In this document: positions 1 through 13,800 of the stretch, one piece after another
How the letters are laid out: every line of letters starts with the position of its first letter
How positions within the stretch are numbered: the first letter of the stretch is position 1
NCBI RefSeq assembly: GCF_009914755.1
Contig: NC_060937.1
DNA length: 64,000 nucleotides
DNA from: the human T2T-CHM13v2.0 reference genome, Homo sapiens
Direction: 5' to 3' (one strand)
Notes under the pieces: generated by a model
The model's database searches: none
What the model was told of the DNA's origin: nothing
The model's input: the letters and a program-made list of their open reading frames with translations, nothing else
Program-made: the position numbers and the translations under genes

Positions 1-495
1 GAGAGTAATCTGATCTTTGCCCTGAGGCATTTGAAGCTTCTGAGAATTTTTAGCAATAAATGGGAAAGGTACACTCTCATTTTTGTCTTGGACAAAATGC
101 TGAGTTTTGATAGAGTGTTGCCTCTCAATTATAGCTTTTACTGTTTGAGCTTCATCGCATCAAGGCCCAAAGTTACAGAATGTGTTTACTTCATTTTATT
201 TCTGCTGTTCAGCAATCCCTTTCTTCACTCATCTTTCTGGTAATGCTTGATAAAATTTAGTCAATAAAACCCCAAAACACAAACTTTGTTTTTTGATCTC
301 TTTCCCTACAGCTACAAAATAATTGGACATGCAATCTGCCTCACAAGATATTTCACAGATATGTTGTTGCCAACCATTCCACTACTGCTCAAGAGTGACA
401 TCTACAGCTTTTCCTGATTGTATCCTCCACTCCCTAAGGAGAAGCTGTGTCACACAATCACTTAATTGAGGTGGCATTCTACTGAAAGCAAGACC

Positions 496-740
496 TGTAT
501 TAGGCAGGCAATGCCAGATAATGCTTAGTATCAAAGAAACCAAAAGTATTAGTGGCTTAAAATAAACACATATTTTATTTGTTCTTCATGTCCAACTCAG
601 GTCCTTGGTTGAGCTACACTCTACATTATTACTCGAAATCCAAAGCTATTAAAGATTCATGACCTAGAAGGCTTAGCTACAGTAGAAGCCAAAAGAGAAT
701 TACAGAAGATTAGATGGTGGCTTTTTCATGTTTTGTTGGT
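496..740 (-). mobile_element. Old MLT1-type MaLR LTR fragment
   Basis: tgtattaggcagg...agtggcttaaaataaacacatattttattt resembles the reverse-strand end of old MLT1 LTRs; heavily diverged. Confidence 0.45.
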
Positions 741-746
741 TACTAC

Positions 747-1300
747 TGTTTAGATGATCAATAAAACAGTCTTAAACACCTCATCAAACCCACAGAACAT
801 CAGAAAGGATTTTTTCCCATTCCCTCCCATCTAGGCCCCCCTCCGACCTCCCTTTCCTAAGAGCATTTACTTTAGGGAATTTGCGATTGTAAATTATTTG
901 TCTGCCCTTTGAGATGTAAATCTTTTTCACAGCCACTTTTACAACCCAAAATGATTTTTTCCCAAGGATCTGGGAGCCATCCTTTTGAAATGTAAATATC
1001 AAGGAAAAGAGTGATCCTATCTCCTAATCTACGTGTGAGGTTAGATGCCTAATTTAGATGAACACCTCCCTCTACTGCATGTTGTAAATTTGCCTGCTGT
1101 CATGAAAATACAAGAAAGTTTACTTTTCCTTTGAGTAAAGTTAATTAGCAAACACAAATGGCCTAAAATCCTCCCACTTCCTTCTTAAAAACTCTCCTCT
1201 GAGCACTTATGCTCAGATTGAGTTCTGACTTCTCTCCTGTACTGTAAATAAAGCCTTCCTGGCATGTTTAACTTTGTCTGGTGCAAATGTTGTGTTGACA
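747..1300 (+). mobile_element. MER34/MER39-family ERV1 solo LTR
   Basis: Characteristic blocks gagcatttacttta, ccctttgagatgtaaatct and caaggatctgggagccatccttttgaaatgtaaa; aataaa near 1247; ends ttgaca. Confidence 0.7.
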
Positions 1301-1819
1301 ATGGAAACAAGTAATTATAAGAATAGAAAAATAATAAGAGAACAAAAGGAGTATTTAGTGAACAGTGCTGTCTCTTTTATAATGTACCAGAGGCAACAAG
1401 TCTGTACTCACCATATATTATACATATATAACACTGTCTACACCTGAAATTCCAGAAATTAGTAGCAAATATATATCTCTTGTAAGGTAGGTTTATGGCA
1501 AATTTTCTTAATTCATGGGGGCTAAACCCAGGATGAAAAGAACAGTGATTAAAAAAAGAAAAAGCCCCAAATCTAGAATCTACTCATTTCATAGACACTA
1601 ACATTTTAGAAGGGCCTTTGGAATTAAGTAATTTATTTTTTCAAAATGTTGTGTTTCTTTCTCATCTGTACCACCCACATCACTACATTAGTTTCTTCTG
1701 CACATATCTAAAGTAACTTCAATATCTCTGTAAGAAGTTTCCTAAAGCTTTGGTTACTCGGATTCCTGGCTGTGCCACTCAACTGTCTCATGTGCACTGC
1801 ATTGAAGGAAATCACAAGC

Positions 1820-2345
1820 ATACAACCAAATAGGGCCCAAAGCCAAGTCAAACAGGCTTAAACAAGAAAGATTATTATTTGGCTAATATAAACTGAATTC
1901 TAGAAGTATATTAGCTTCAACGTATATTTGGGTCAGCAACTCGGTGTCAACTTTTTGTTTTGCATTTTCTAGCATTAGTATCATTCTAAGGTTTGTTCTC
2001 TTTCACAAAATACCTGAAAATCGCTTCTATATCTTTGCTCAATCAGTGCCACAAAGGAGCAAAAAAAGTGACTTCTATATTCCTCCAAAATACAACATGA
2101 ATACAAATACAATCCAATTAAAAAAAAACCTTTGATTTCCAGAGACTTCTACAAATATCTTCCTCTTTTCTCCTCAGAATTAATTGAATCATGGCTCACA
2201 TTTTTAGCCATTACTCTTAGGAAAATATTTTGCCCAATAAATCAGGCCTTTACCACGGTTTTGTCTGGAAATCTTTCCCTAAAATACTTCAGTACTTCAG
2301 TACTTTTCTAAAGAAGGAGAATGGATGTTGGTCTATGTAACTGTT
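1820..2345 (-). mobile_element. Old MLT1-type MaLR LTR, degraded
   Basis: aacaggcttaaacaagaaagattattatttggct and aagaaggagaatggatgttgg resemble MLT1 termini. Confidence 0.4.
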
Positions 2346-2839
2346 ATCATTTAGTCAATTTACAATAAATAAGAATTCATTAAAATCATAGCCATACTAA
2401 CACACATTTTAGTATTTCCTTTTTTATTCCAAACTCCTATTCAGCCACTTTTCTCTCATATCCAAGAAATTCATATATTTGCTTTTGCTAGCCATTTAGT
2501 CAATGCGTGTCAAACTCTATTCTAGCTTTTAGAAATGGTAAAACAGCTTTTACAAATGTATTTATTCACAATTTAAATTGTCTACTTGCTTTGCAAAACT
2601 AGACAATACTGTGTCTATTTCTTCTAACATAGATTGCAAAATAATTTTTAGAAAAAAAGAACAAAATCAGGGCTTCTCAGCTCTATAAATTCCACTACTT
2701 ATTCACATAACACTGATCTTGCAGACATTTTTGATGTCATTTTGTGAAAAAAATTTTTATGTTTACAAATTTGCCATTACCAATTCAGTACAATCTTTTA
2801 AAGTTCATATTTTTTCTTCTTGGAAAATTCATTACCTGG

Positions 2840-3230
2840 GTTTTTTAGTGAAGGCATGCTAATAGTAGTCTATCACTTTTGTTTGCATGCAATGTCTATT
2901 TTGCTATTACTGTTGAAGATTAGCAGAAGCAAATAAATAATAGTCGGTTGACATTTTTTTTTCTCAGAAATTTGAAGATAATCTTCCACTGTCTTCCTTT
3001 TTCTATGGGTCCTGTTGAGGCCTGTTATGACTTAATTTCAGGTAATCTGTCTCTTGTTTCTGGTTTTTGATAATTCCACTTAGTCTGGGGTGATCAAATA
3101 TGGTATTTTCATGTGGGGATTTAGTAATTTTTGTTTTCTTCAAAATCATGTATTTACAGAGTGACTGTATTTTCCAGCTTTCATATGTGCCCAGTATCAT
3201 ATCTGATGTAACATTTCTCCTACATTTTAA
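2840..3230 (-). mobile_element. Ancient L1M/HAL1 ORF1-region fragment
   Basis: ggttgacatttt...tttgaagataatcttccactgtcttcc...cctgttgag is typical antisense ORF1 of old L1/HAL1. Confidence 0.55.
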
Positions 3231-3267
3231 AAAGTTTCAACAAAGTACACTATTAATAAGAATTTTA

Positions 3268-3405
3268 GTGCAGTGGCTCATGTCTGTAATCCTAGCAATT
3301 TGAGAGGTCAAGGTGGGAGTATTCTTTGAGCTCTGAAGTTCAATACTAGCCTGGGCAACATAGTGAGACTCTGTCTCTATAAAATAAAAAATAAAAATAA
3401 TAAAA
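3268..3405 (+). mobile_element. FLAM / free Alu monomer
   Basis: cagtggctcatgtctgtaatcctagca...ctgggcaacatagtgagactctgtctct followed by an A-rich tail; single monomer. Confidence 0.85.
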
Positions 3406-3455
3406 ATTTTAAAATAAGACATGATATATTAGAAAAAACAAATTTTAAGACTAAA

Positions 3456-3502
3456 ATTACTTTTAATTGGAAAAGCCACAATTATTTTTGCACCAACCTA
3501 AT
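3456..3502. mobile_element. MADE1 (Hsmar1 MITE), right half
   Basis: attacttttaattggaaaagccacaattatttttgcaccaacctaa matches the MADE1 centre plus one mariner TIR. Confidence 0.85.
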
Positions 3503-3884
3503 GATCTGTTAGTCTTCAAATTTGTTTTTTCTGGATTCTACCAGTGTCTAATGTAGTAATTTGTAAGAGACTTAAACTGTGAACACATCTCTCACATACT
3601 TAAGAAATTAAATCTGAAAGAATACTGCAACTAAACTCTGTCCTTTTCAGACCCATTATGATGTGAAGAAACCAGTATCTCCCTTTCAGAAAGAGTATGT
3701 AGGGGGTTATCTGATAAAAATAAATTCACTTGGACAGAGCAGGCACAGTCAGCCCTTCACCACTTCTGATCTTAGAGCGTGATGTAATAAATGATCCATG
3801 CTGCTGTCTCTGCTGGCCGCTTGGTGAAACAACCAGTTTTGTCATGTACATCGCCTAAGCCTTGGGGTATGAAAAGCCACAATG

Positions 3885-4005
3885 GAAAGCCATTCTGAGT
3901 ACCTGCAGACTTAATCCCACCTGGAAGTCACCAAAGCTAATGGCTTGCTTCCTTTAGAATAATAGGCCGATCTCTCCTTGGTGCCATTTGAGCCACAACA
4001 AGTGT
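3885..4005 (-). mobile_element. MaLR internal-sequence-like fragment
   Basis: cattctgagtacctgcagacttaatcccacctggaagtcaccaaagctaatggcttgc resembles antisense THE1/MST/MLT internal sequence. Confidence 0.45.
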
Positions 4006-4139
4006 CTGCTAGTTGGAACCAGAAGTTGGGCATGTTTGACAAAAGTATAAGAAAATTGGGAGCGAACAATACTGCAGTAAAACTCCGAGCAAGCTATCAG
4101 ATTAGCCTATATAGAAAGTGGGTATATCATTCATTCAAA

Positions 4140-4260
4140 CCTGGCTAAAGTGTGGTACACAGACCAACAACATGGACATCACCTGAGAACTTGATGGAAA
4201 AGATAGCTCCCAGCTGATGCCTGTGCTCCTGTTCTTCAAAGTTCATTCAAGTAGCAGAAA
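4140..4260. mobile_element. MER5-type hAT MITE fragment
   Basis: aaagtgtggtacacagaccaacaacatggacatcacctgagaacttg resembles the MER5A left end. Confidence 0.5.
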
Positions 4261-4885
4261 TTTAGTGCACAGTATAAATAAAACACTTTTAAACAAATAC
4301 ACACATTTTATTCCATTCATTGCTAGCACTTTACTTTTGCAATAAATACATTCAACAACAATAAGCTTAAATAAACAAGTACGGTTTAATAAAAACTCAA
4401 GTATTTCATATTTATTTTACAAGAGAGTTGATTCTAAACTGCTAACTTTCACAACACATCTGGTGACTTTCATTATTTACCCAGGCAAGTATAGTAATTA
4501 CTATAGAGGACACAAGTGTGATAAGAAATCTTCAACATCTACTTCAAAAGTTTCCTATTATTTTAGGAAGATAGTGCTTCTATCCAGATAATTGAGACAG
4601 GGAACTTTAAAAGATACATTTACATATTACTCTGTGAAGCATGACTTCATTCAGATCAGAAGGTGTTCCTCTAAATAATATTCTATAATGAAGTTGGTTC
4701 CCATGCATGCTGTGACAGAGTTTCTGAATTTTCTTTTAAATCATTGTTTATATGCCTTTCTATACTGATTATTCTGTTCTTTGTTGCTTCTTATATACAT
4801 TTAGATTACGTCTTTGACATTTGGGTTGCTTTGCAAACATTTTAAAATCAGGCAGCCCCAGTGAAGACTCCTCATTGCAGTCTTT

Positions 4886-5215
4886 CTCATCATTCTGCAA
4901 GCTGTACACAAAGCATGGCACCAGCATCTGCTTCTGCCGAGTCTTCAGAAAGCTTACAGTCTTGGCAGAAAGCAAAGGGAGCGCAGGCAGTGTCACATGG
5001 TAAGACAGAGATCAATGTGGAGTGAGGTTCCAGACTCTTTAAACAAGCAGATCTCATGTGAACTCAGAGAAAGAACTTACTCACTACCACAGGGAGGGCA
5101 CCAAGTCATTCATGAGGGATCTGCCCCCAAACACCTTCTACCAGGCCCTACCTCCGATATTGGGGATCACATTTCAACATAAGATTTGCAGGAGATAAAC
5201 ATTCAAACTATACTA
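4886..5215 (-). mobile_element. MSTB-type MaLR LTR (partial)
   Basis: aagcatggcaccagcatctgcttct...cattcatgagggatctgccccca...tggggatcacatttcaacataagattt...aaactata. Confidence 0.85.
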
Positions 5216-5859
5216 ATGTTTATTGAATGTAATTCTGCAATAAAATTATTATCAAATTATACATTCATTGAATTACTGTTTATGTTCCATGAGCTCTATC
5301 ACATTGTTTGCTTCTTCTGAAATTGCATTCTCTTAAGTATAGAACTTAGAATGTGATAACATTGAGTAAATATTGAATGAATAAACTGATAGATGAACAG
5401 ATGGATGAGTGAACAAATGAGTAAATACAATGCTTGGAGGCCAAATACTACACTTAATTGGTCTGCCACGATTACTGGATGAAATAATAAAAATCCAAAT
5501 AATGTTTGACATTTTTTTTCTTACTGTTATGATCTAACCTAGGGCAATTCAAACATTCCTTATGAGATATGCGTTTTTTATTTCTAAATCTGTTCGATAA
5601 GTTTTTGTATGTTTGATTTTTATTTGTGTATCTTTCCAAACTAAGGGAAAATAGTTTATAATCAAAGCTTGTTTACAGTTGTTTAAATCTTTTTCTTATT
5701 TGTTTATATTGTATGAATATTATTGGGTAAATAAATGCATTTATCCATTTAATCACTAATTCAGATATTCAAAATGATTCATTATAATTATATATAAAGC
5801 ACTTATTTCTCATAGTAAATTTATATTTAATTTGTGACAAAGTAGAATAAAATAATTTC

Positions 5860-6390
5860 TAATAATGATATATGTTCTCAGTAATCTAAAATATTGTTTT
5901 CTGAGAGAATGAAAAGATAATAATTTAGGGTGGCCAGAAAAAAAATCTTCTAGAATTAGATGACATTTGAGCCAGATGAGAGTAAAAACAAATACAATCA
6001 CATATGAGGGGGGAAGAGGGGCAAAATAGAGACAATAGGAAGTGTAAAATTCTGAGGCGCAAATTTCCTGAAACAGGAAAAATAACCATTTGGAATATTT
6101 AAAAAATACAGCAATGCTTGCTATGATTTTTATATAGAGAATGGACAATAGGAGAAGTATTAGAAGCTGGGAGAATGATTAAGGGGCTATTGTAATTGCC
6201 CAGTAAAAAGAAAGTTGTGGCTGGCTATGGATAATCGCTGAGTTAATGGTGATAATTAATGAGATTTAGTGTATATTTCAATAATATGAAAACAGTACCA
6301 GCTGAGACATGGAATGTGCAAAGAAACATAGATTAGGTATCAAATACTACAAACATTTTCAATATGGGCAATTGATGCAGATGAAGTACA
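5860..6390 (-). mobile_element. L2 fragment
   Basis: gatgacatttgagccaga and gaagctgggagaatgattaaggggctattgtaattgcccag are typical antisense L2. Confidence 0.65.
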
Positions 6391-7719
6391 GGCCATGGAA
6401 TATACTCCTCTATTTCTTCTTTATTTTTTCTCTTTCTTCTCTATCTCCTCTTTCTATTCTATTTTTCTCTTACTAGGTAGAAACTAGTAAACTGCAAGCA
6501 AAATTGTCGGTTTCTGGACTGATGCATTACGTAAATAACAGATATTTGGATCCAGCTCCCCGATTGTGGGTTGGCCTATGATAAATGCAGTTAATTTTGT
6601 TTTTAATGTCTGAAATGGACTTAGGTAACTTGGTACATTTGTTCTAAAGAATAAAATACTTTATGCTGACTTGTAAATATTTCCTCAAAGAAGTATTACT
6701 TTGGAGCAAGAGGCAAATATAGAGTGAGAATGATGAAATTACTTTCAATAATGCAAAAAGCTCAATCTGTAAAAATATTCTTATTTCAACTTACTTATTT
6801 ATAGAGCTCTCAGGTTTTTTTCTTCAAATAATGTATATTTTCCAAACTAGATCTAACTTCCCAAAATAAGGATTTGGTATGGTTTAATGCCCCTTTTTGG
6901 AGACATTATTTAAATAGCATATATTTTAAGCTTTACATCTAGCAAGCATAATGCGAAATTATATAATAATACGTAATCATTAATAGAAAATATATAATAA
7001 TTTATTTCTAATCTCAAAGAATTATGAACGGAAATTTGTGTGTTTCTATGGATACTTGTTCATGATACAGTGACAGGTATATAAGAGAAAAATACTAGAG
7101 AACATTCATGTAATACTTGCTAAGAAAAAATTCTTTTGTAAAAATATCTTATTTTAATATTGGTATTGTAAACAATCCAGAAATCAGTATCTTTCGCACT
7201 ACTTATTCTGAATCTTGATAGTGTTGGCCTTGAGACTGATTATATAAAGTTAGATGAGAAAAATCAAAAAGATAAAAAGCTTAAAAGGAGATAAGTTTTA
7301 TTCTAATCTTATAAGAAACTTTCTGAAGTGTAAATAAGTTACCCAGTCTATTATTTTCCAGAAATTTCCCTATGTCTTCCTTAAAAAGAATTAAGAATTA
7401 ATACAATGTAAATCTGGCATGATAACTTTATGTTTGAGTAAATGGGATTGGATATCTTTGCTTGGTTTGGGAGAATTCTTTTAGATATTCTACACACACA
7501 ACATTAGTAACAGCCCATAAACAAATAAACAACAAATATATAGAAAAACAATTACAACAACAAACTAGTGAAGTAAAGTTAACAAAGCAATCACTCATAC
7601 TGATCTCAGGATGAAATTACACATTTGCTTGTAATCATTTTGTGTACACCCTATTAATAAATCACAATGCCAAATTTAGATTAATCTATCAATACCTCAT
7701 ACTTCCATGAGCTCATTAA

Positions 7720-9150
7720 ATTATCTTAGGTAACATTTTTGATATTTTCTATTAAACTCCCTTAATAGTCTCAATGCTGCTTTTTTGTTTTGTTTTGTTT
7801 TGTTATGCAGGTGTTCTATTCTCTCTTGCATGGTAATCTCTAATTCGCATTTTCCTGAGAAAGTGCCCCTTCCATCCAGATTTTCAAATTTATTAGCACA
7901 GAACATGTGGCTATTTCTCTCATATTTACTGGAATTGATGCTCTATCCATTTTTATATTCATCTTCTCATTTCTGATGTTGTGAATGTGACTTTTTTTTC
8001 CTGACTTTTTTTCTTTATTAGATTTTCCAGTAGTGGATTGTGTGCCTTAAAAAAAAATCTTTTAGTTTGTGAGGTGTAATTTGATAGTCTACCTTGAGCT
8101 CGTTAGTTACCTTTGTTCAGTTCTTGAATTAATAGTTAATTCCACTATTTTCATTAATTTCTTTCTTTATAAACAAACTTGTGTATCCAAATTTGTCTAA
8201 TGGACATTTTTACTATGTAAAGTATATTGTTATTATTTTTAAATACCTCTAATTACAATTTTGAATTTCTTTCTAAGACAAAATTTTGAACTATCTATTC
8301 TATTTTTTCACTTTCATTTGTTAAAATATATATTAATGGTTTTTTTTTTTTAAATTCTGGATTGGTTGGTAGGTCTAGATCCTGAATTATTGTTAAATAC
8401 CATATTTGTAAAGAACTGTGAAGGGTTTGAGATTTTGCTTTTGTTGCAAGATAAAATGTTAGCCTATCAATATTTCATGGATTTTGTCAAAACACAACAT
8501 TCTTGGGTTGAAGGCCAAAGCAGTTTATTACACATAGTAAAACAGGCAGCATGAGTCATGTAAATGTGCGTGTTCCACTTGCCCGCAGGTCCGAAAGGGG
8601 TCACACAGGTGAGCCAAGATAGATGTCTGCCTATGCAGTGGTTTATATTATTGGAAGTAAACCCAAATGATATACAAAGGACAGATATCATATCTGCCCA
8701 TTTTCTGGAGAAAGATAATCTTATTTTTCTGAGGCTGTAGCAAACCTGTCCTTTGCTCTCTAGGGAGACAATGTATCTATTTCCTAATGCTATTGACTCT
8801 CCAATCATCGGATAATCTAGAACAATGGCAGAAAGAGTCTCTGATCACAAGACCTGTTAGAAATGAGAGAAACCCATAAAGAATTGCCTCCCAACAATAT
8901 ATTCTCTCTATTTCAAATATTGCAATATGTATGTATTCATCATATATATAAATCAATTAGTAATGCTCATGTATGCTTCAATATACATTAAAATATCTCA
9001 TATATTACAAATTAATATGTATTAGCATAAACATGTGTATATATTTCAATTTTTTAGTTTTGTCTTCTACCTACTTAAATTCTCAGAACAAGAGAGTATG
9101 GTGGTTCTCTTAATTCCTTATAGTTATTGACATATTGATGTGAATGTTTA
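7720..9150 (-). mobile_element. Ancient L1M(E) ORF2 fragment, interrupted by LTR40
   Basis: Minus-strand peptide ANKFENLDGRGTFSGKCELEITMQERIEHLHN resembles ORF2p [14 protein letters not shown]...QEEVESLN. Confidence 0.6.
8407..8896 (-). mobile_element. LTR40a ERVL solo LTR
   Basis: Reverse strand starts tgttgggaggcaattct and ends cccttcacagttctttaca; flanks atatt/atata look like a decayed 5-bp TSD. Confidence 0.85.
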
Positions 9151-9229
9151 ATATACTTATATGTTTGCTTTAATCAAAATATATTATAAAATATACACAA
9201 GCAGCAAAGTATAAATAGAAATCATGACA

Positions 9230-9415
9230 CAGTTGTCAAGAATGCCAGCTATGAAAGCAAACCACTTAGGGTCAAATTTAGTTTTCAATGTTTCTATCTA
9301 TGTATACCTTGGTCAATCATTCAATTTTTCTATATCTTTTCTTCACCCGTTAAATGAAGTTCATAATGATTGATTGTAAGGATTAAATTAATTTTTATAA
9401 AGTCTATAGTAATTG
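9230..9415 (+). mobile_element. MIR
   Basis: tgtataccttggtcaatcattcaatttttct...cttcacccgttaaatgaag...ttgtaaggattaaat core. Confidence 0.6.
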
Positions 9416-9980
9416 CAACTATAAGCGTTTCATAAATGAAATAAGAGAAAATTATTCTTTCCACACTTGTGCTTTAAAACAAAATTTCTTTTGAGCTATA
9501 AGATTATTTATACACATATTTTTAACCTATACATATATGAAACATCTGTAATGTTTTCACCCCAAACTCATACTTTGAATTTAGAAGTAGTTGTTGCTTT
9601 TTCTCTTATAACTCTATTCTCAAAATATTAAATGTACTTACTTAGACATTCTTAATTTCCCATAATATTTCAAACATTTTCTGTATTCACAGCCAATCAA
9701 TTCTACTCTCTTGATAATGTTTATATCTTAAGGAATGAGAATATTTTTAAATACATTAAAAGAACCCACCATCATATTCTCTGCCTAAGTCCTACTGATT
9801 TTATTTCTCTATAGTTTAGAGAAGCTATGTCTCTGGTTTGGGACAGTATGTTAATGTAGTAAAGTCACTTATCTTTTGAAAAAGGCAAACAAAAAGATTA
9901 AGAAAGTGTTATGATTTTTGAGTCAATTTGTTAAGGAAGAATTGCCTGTAGGTACCCTGAATCAGAAAATGAGGCATGTC

Positions 9981-10344
9981 TGATATTGTTTTACTGGGTT
10001 CCCACCCAAATTTCATCTTGAATTGTAGCTCCCATAATTCCCATGTGTCATGGGAGGGACCTGGTGGGAGGTAATCAAATCATGGGAGTGGGTCTTTCCC
10101 ATACTGTTCTCATGATAGTGAATAACTTTCACGAGATCTGATGGTTTTATAAAAGGGAGTTCCCCTGGACATGGTCTCTTGCCTGCTTCCATGTAAGACA
10201 AGCCTTTCTACTCCTTTACCTTCTGCCATGATTGTGAGGCCTCCTAAGCCGTGTGGAACTGTGAGCCCATTAAACCTCTTTTGCTTTGTAAATTACCCAG
10301 CCTCAGATTTGTCTTTATTAACAGCATGAGAACAGACTAATACA
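9981..10344 (+). mobile_element. THE1 (B/C) MaLR solo LTR
   Basis: tgatattgtttt...cccacccaaatttcatcttgaattgtagctccc...gagaacagactaataca; full length, TG...CA. Confidence 0.95.
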
Positions 10345-12917
10345 ATTCTATTTCCTTACTCATCATTAATAAATATTTCAGATTTTAACTAATATAATTC
10401 CCATACTTAAATTAATTAAAATTTTTATGGTCCAATCTAAAACTTAGTTAAAAGTTGTAAATATTTATCGGTTTTATAAATAGTACTTTTACTTTAAGCA
10501 GAATGTTTTTAAAGATTGGTAGGTTTTGTTTTTAAATTCTTTTCATTACTTCTATATCTTCTGAAATAAGCTACTAAAATTCAACTATTTACATGGATAT
10601 GAATTTGAAGTAACATATTTTTAAATATTGTTTGCCCAATAAATGCCTTACATAAAAAATCCAGTCAATTGCAAATTGGCTCATTACTGGGAATATGCAA
10701 CTCTCCTTAGAATTCTATATCATTTGGTCATTTGAAGGTAATTACAAAACTACTTTCTGCAATATGAATTGTGGCCTAATTAAAATTGCCTCTGGGCAGC
10801 AATGGTTCTGATGCTAGATAAGCAGTATTTTCTTAGATTCCCTCAATACCACTATGTTCTCTTAACTTTGCTGATTTCATGTGTTTCTTGCCAACTCAAT
10901 TTTTTTCATATTTTAATATGACTCAATGCTGGAATAAAATCTTTCATGGGCAAAAATTCAACAAGTCATCTTTTGACAGTTGTAATAAAAGAAAATTTAT
11001 AAAATTGGTAAAGGCAACTATCATAAATAAAAATTTATACATTTTATGAACAGGGGACAAAATTATAATAAACACCTGTTATTGTTTGCTCGAATGTAAA
11101 TTAATGAAAAAGTAAACATGTTAATTTAATGGCTACTCTTTCTAAACTCAATTTAACATAGATATGCATATCTACAATAGGTTTAAATGCATTTTCTAAC
11201 GAGTGTTACTTTCTAAAGAAATAACACTTTCAACACTTCTATGGTTGGTTTTTAAACAGCGTAAATTAGCATTTACTTAAAACTAGTGTCACAATAAATA
11301 TGTAGAAAACTGTATATGGAGTTATTAGAAATATGTTCACAGTTTCCCAGGCATGTTATATATAAATAATTAATGCATAAATATATGGGAGTTTTCCATT
11401 TTATTAAATAATCTATCTTAAAGAAATCTTTAAGATTTTGTGTTCTATGTGACAAAGCATACCAAAAAAGAATTGATTAAATTAACTTGTGTCTTTTTAG
11501 GGATTCAATAGTGGTTATTGTGCAATAAAAGTTGTATATTCATAATAATTTATATACAACTAGTTTATGCCACATTCATTTTATGTTTTAGAAATATATG
11601 ACAGTGCCACAAATTTAGTTTTTGTACAATAAATATATTTTTATTTCATTTTTAATTATAAAATATTCTAATCAATTGAAAAAATATGTGTCTAATGACA
11701 TAACAAGGAGCCATATCTTTTCATTAGTTTTCATAGATTATATATATTGTCCAACTTATTTAAAATATATTTAATAAAATGAAATATTGAGATAGTCCTA
11801 AGCAATTTTTACTATTTTCTTTCCATCAGGAATACCATCTTTCTGAGTTTTCTCTTCCCTTCTTGTCTAAACAAAAATAAAATAATTTATGAAAACATAT
11901 AGAACTGTACATGAGCACATACACCACAGACTCACATACTCATATATATATTTTAAAACATTGGAGGAAAATCACACATCAAAACAGTGATTATCGCCTG
12001 AGAAAGAAAAAGAAAATTAGATTGTTGAATTCTGGCTTTCCAATATCAACAAACAAACTGCTGCTATTGGTTACTAGTATATTTTGTCACTTGAAATATA
12101 TTTTACTCCTGTTATATCCTGCTGCTGCAGAAAGTTATATTGGCGTTGCTTCCATGTTAATGATCTGCACTTTCTGTGATGCTGCCAATATTTATTGTAA
12201 GTCATGTAGTTTCATCAATATCTTTTTTATGTGGATTTAATGTTTTTATATTACAGTGCTCAGGACACAGTGATTAAGCCAGGCTTGCATCTAATATTTC
12301 CTAAGGACTTCCTATCAGTCAAGCAGCATTCCAGGTGAAAGGGCACCTTGAAAAAGCAAGACACAATTTTTACTCTTACCAGGTACATAGGCTAGAAGAA
12401 ATAATATTGAATAAATCAATATGTCAAAATCTATATAATCCAAAATGTTTTAAAAATAAATTTGAGCAAATCTAAAAGAAAATTTCTTAGAATGTGGATC
12501 ATTCTAGTCATATCTGTTTTCTGCTACTGGATCCTATTAAATTCATTTTGAAGCTTTTCCTTCTATTATCAAAATTTTTACTTTGTGCTTCATGAAGCCC
12601 AATCTGTTTTTCTCAGTTCCCCTCTTTTATTTGTCTGCAAACTATCCAATTTTGATCGGGGCAAACTGATAGAGGCAAATGTTTATTATTCAAATATATG
12701 TGACTTTTGAGGTAGATATCACAGCTGCTCCTTAGAAAGTAAAAATGTCTAGAATTCTGTGAATGCATATTATCTTTGAAATCCCATTGCACAGCAATGT
12801 GGCTGGAAAAACACTCATTTATGAAGTTATTTAATTAAATGGCAATGTATAAAGATGTATAGCTAGCATATGTTGTGGCATTGAAAATATTTGATTTCTA
12901 ACTATCTTCTAACTCCA

Positions 12918-13123
12918 GAGTCGAGCTAATAGGTAGCCACTAATTATATATTATGTGGCTATTTAAATTTAAATTAATTAAAATTAAATAAAACTATTTA
13001 CTTTCTAAGTCACACTTGTTATTTCAAATGCTCATTATCTACATATAACTAGTGGTTATCATATTGGGCACTTCAGATATACAACTTTTCCAACACTGCA
13101 GAAAGTTTTATTGAAGAGCACTG
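12918..13123 (-). mobile_element. MER3 hAT-Charlie MITE
   Basis: gtagccacta...atgtggctatttaaatttaaattaattaaaattaaataaaa...gcagaaagttttattgaagagcactg. Confidence 0.85.
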
Positions 13124-13599
13124 CTCTACAGGGTATGATATTCCAACAGTTTCTGTTTCATATATCGTCAAGATTAGGTGGACACAGATTAAATCCATAG
13201 TTCTTGCAATGTTCTGATATGTCTTAAATTATTTCAAAATCACATAAGCCTGAACAAATTGAGGTGTGTTGACATCTGAACCTGAAAGAAATAGCCAATT
13301 AATAAGGATACAATAGTTTACCAGAAAATTTTACCCAAACTATAGCACGCCTTGGACAATTATTCAGTTGGCTCAATACTGGCAACATGGAAAGAAAGGA
13401 AGGTGGTTTAGAATGAGGAGGCAGATTTGTTAAATATCAGTTTGATAATGTTTCATAAAGGCCGAAATAAAATCGGTGTGGTTGCATGGTGCTAGCACAA
13501 AGGAGAACATGATCAATTCTTTCCTGTATGTTGTCCTGACATTGTATGTCATCTGGTAGCACACAACGTTTTCTAGAGTTGAATCTCAAAATTAAAGTT

Positions 13600-13800
13600 A
13601 GTCCAGGCAACATAGTTAGACCCCATCTCTACAAAAAATAATAAATTAGCCAGGCATGCTGGCATGCACCTATAGTCTCAGCTACTCAGGAGGCTGAGGT
13701 GGGAGGATCCCTTGGGCCCAGGAAGTTGAGACTGCAGTGAGCCGTAATTGTGCCACTGCACTCCAGCCTGGGCAACAGAGAGAGACCTTGTCTCAAAAAA
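13600..13800 (+). mobile_element. AluJ, 5'-truncated
   Basis: ggaggatcccttgggcccaggaagttgagactgcagtgagcc and gagaccttgtctc are J-type features. Confidence 0.9.

Noticed and set aside
3698-4129. TG...CA-bounded ~430-bp segment as a solo LTR
   Set aside because: No TSD (gagta vs ttcat) and no family match beyond a MaLR-internal-like patch
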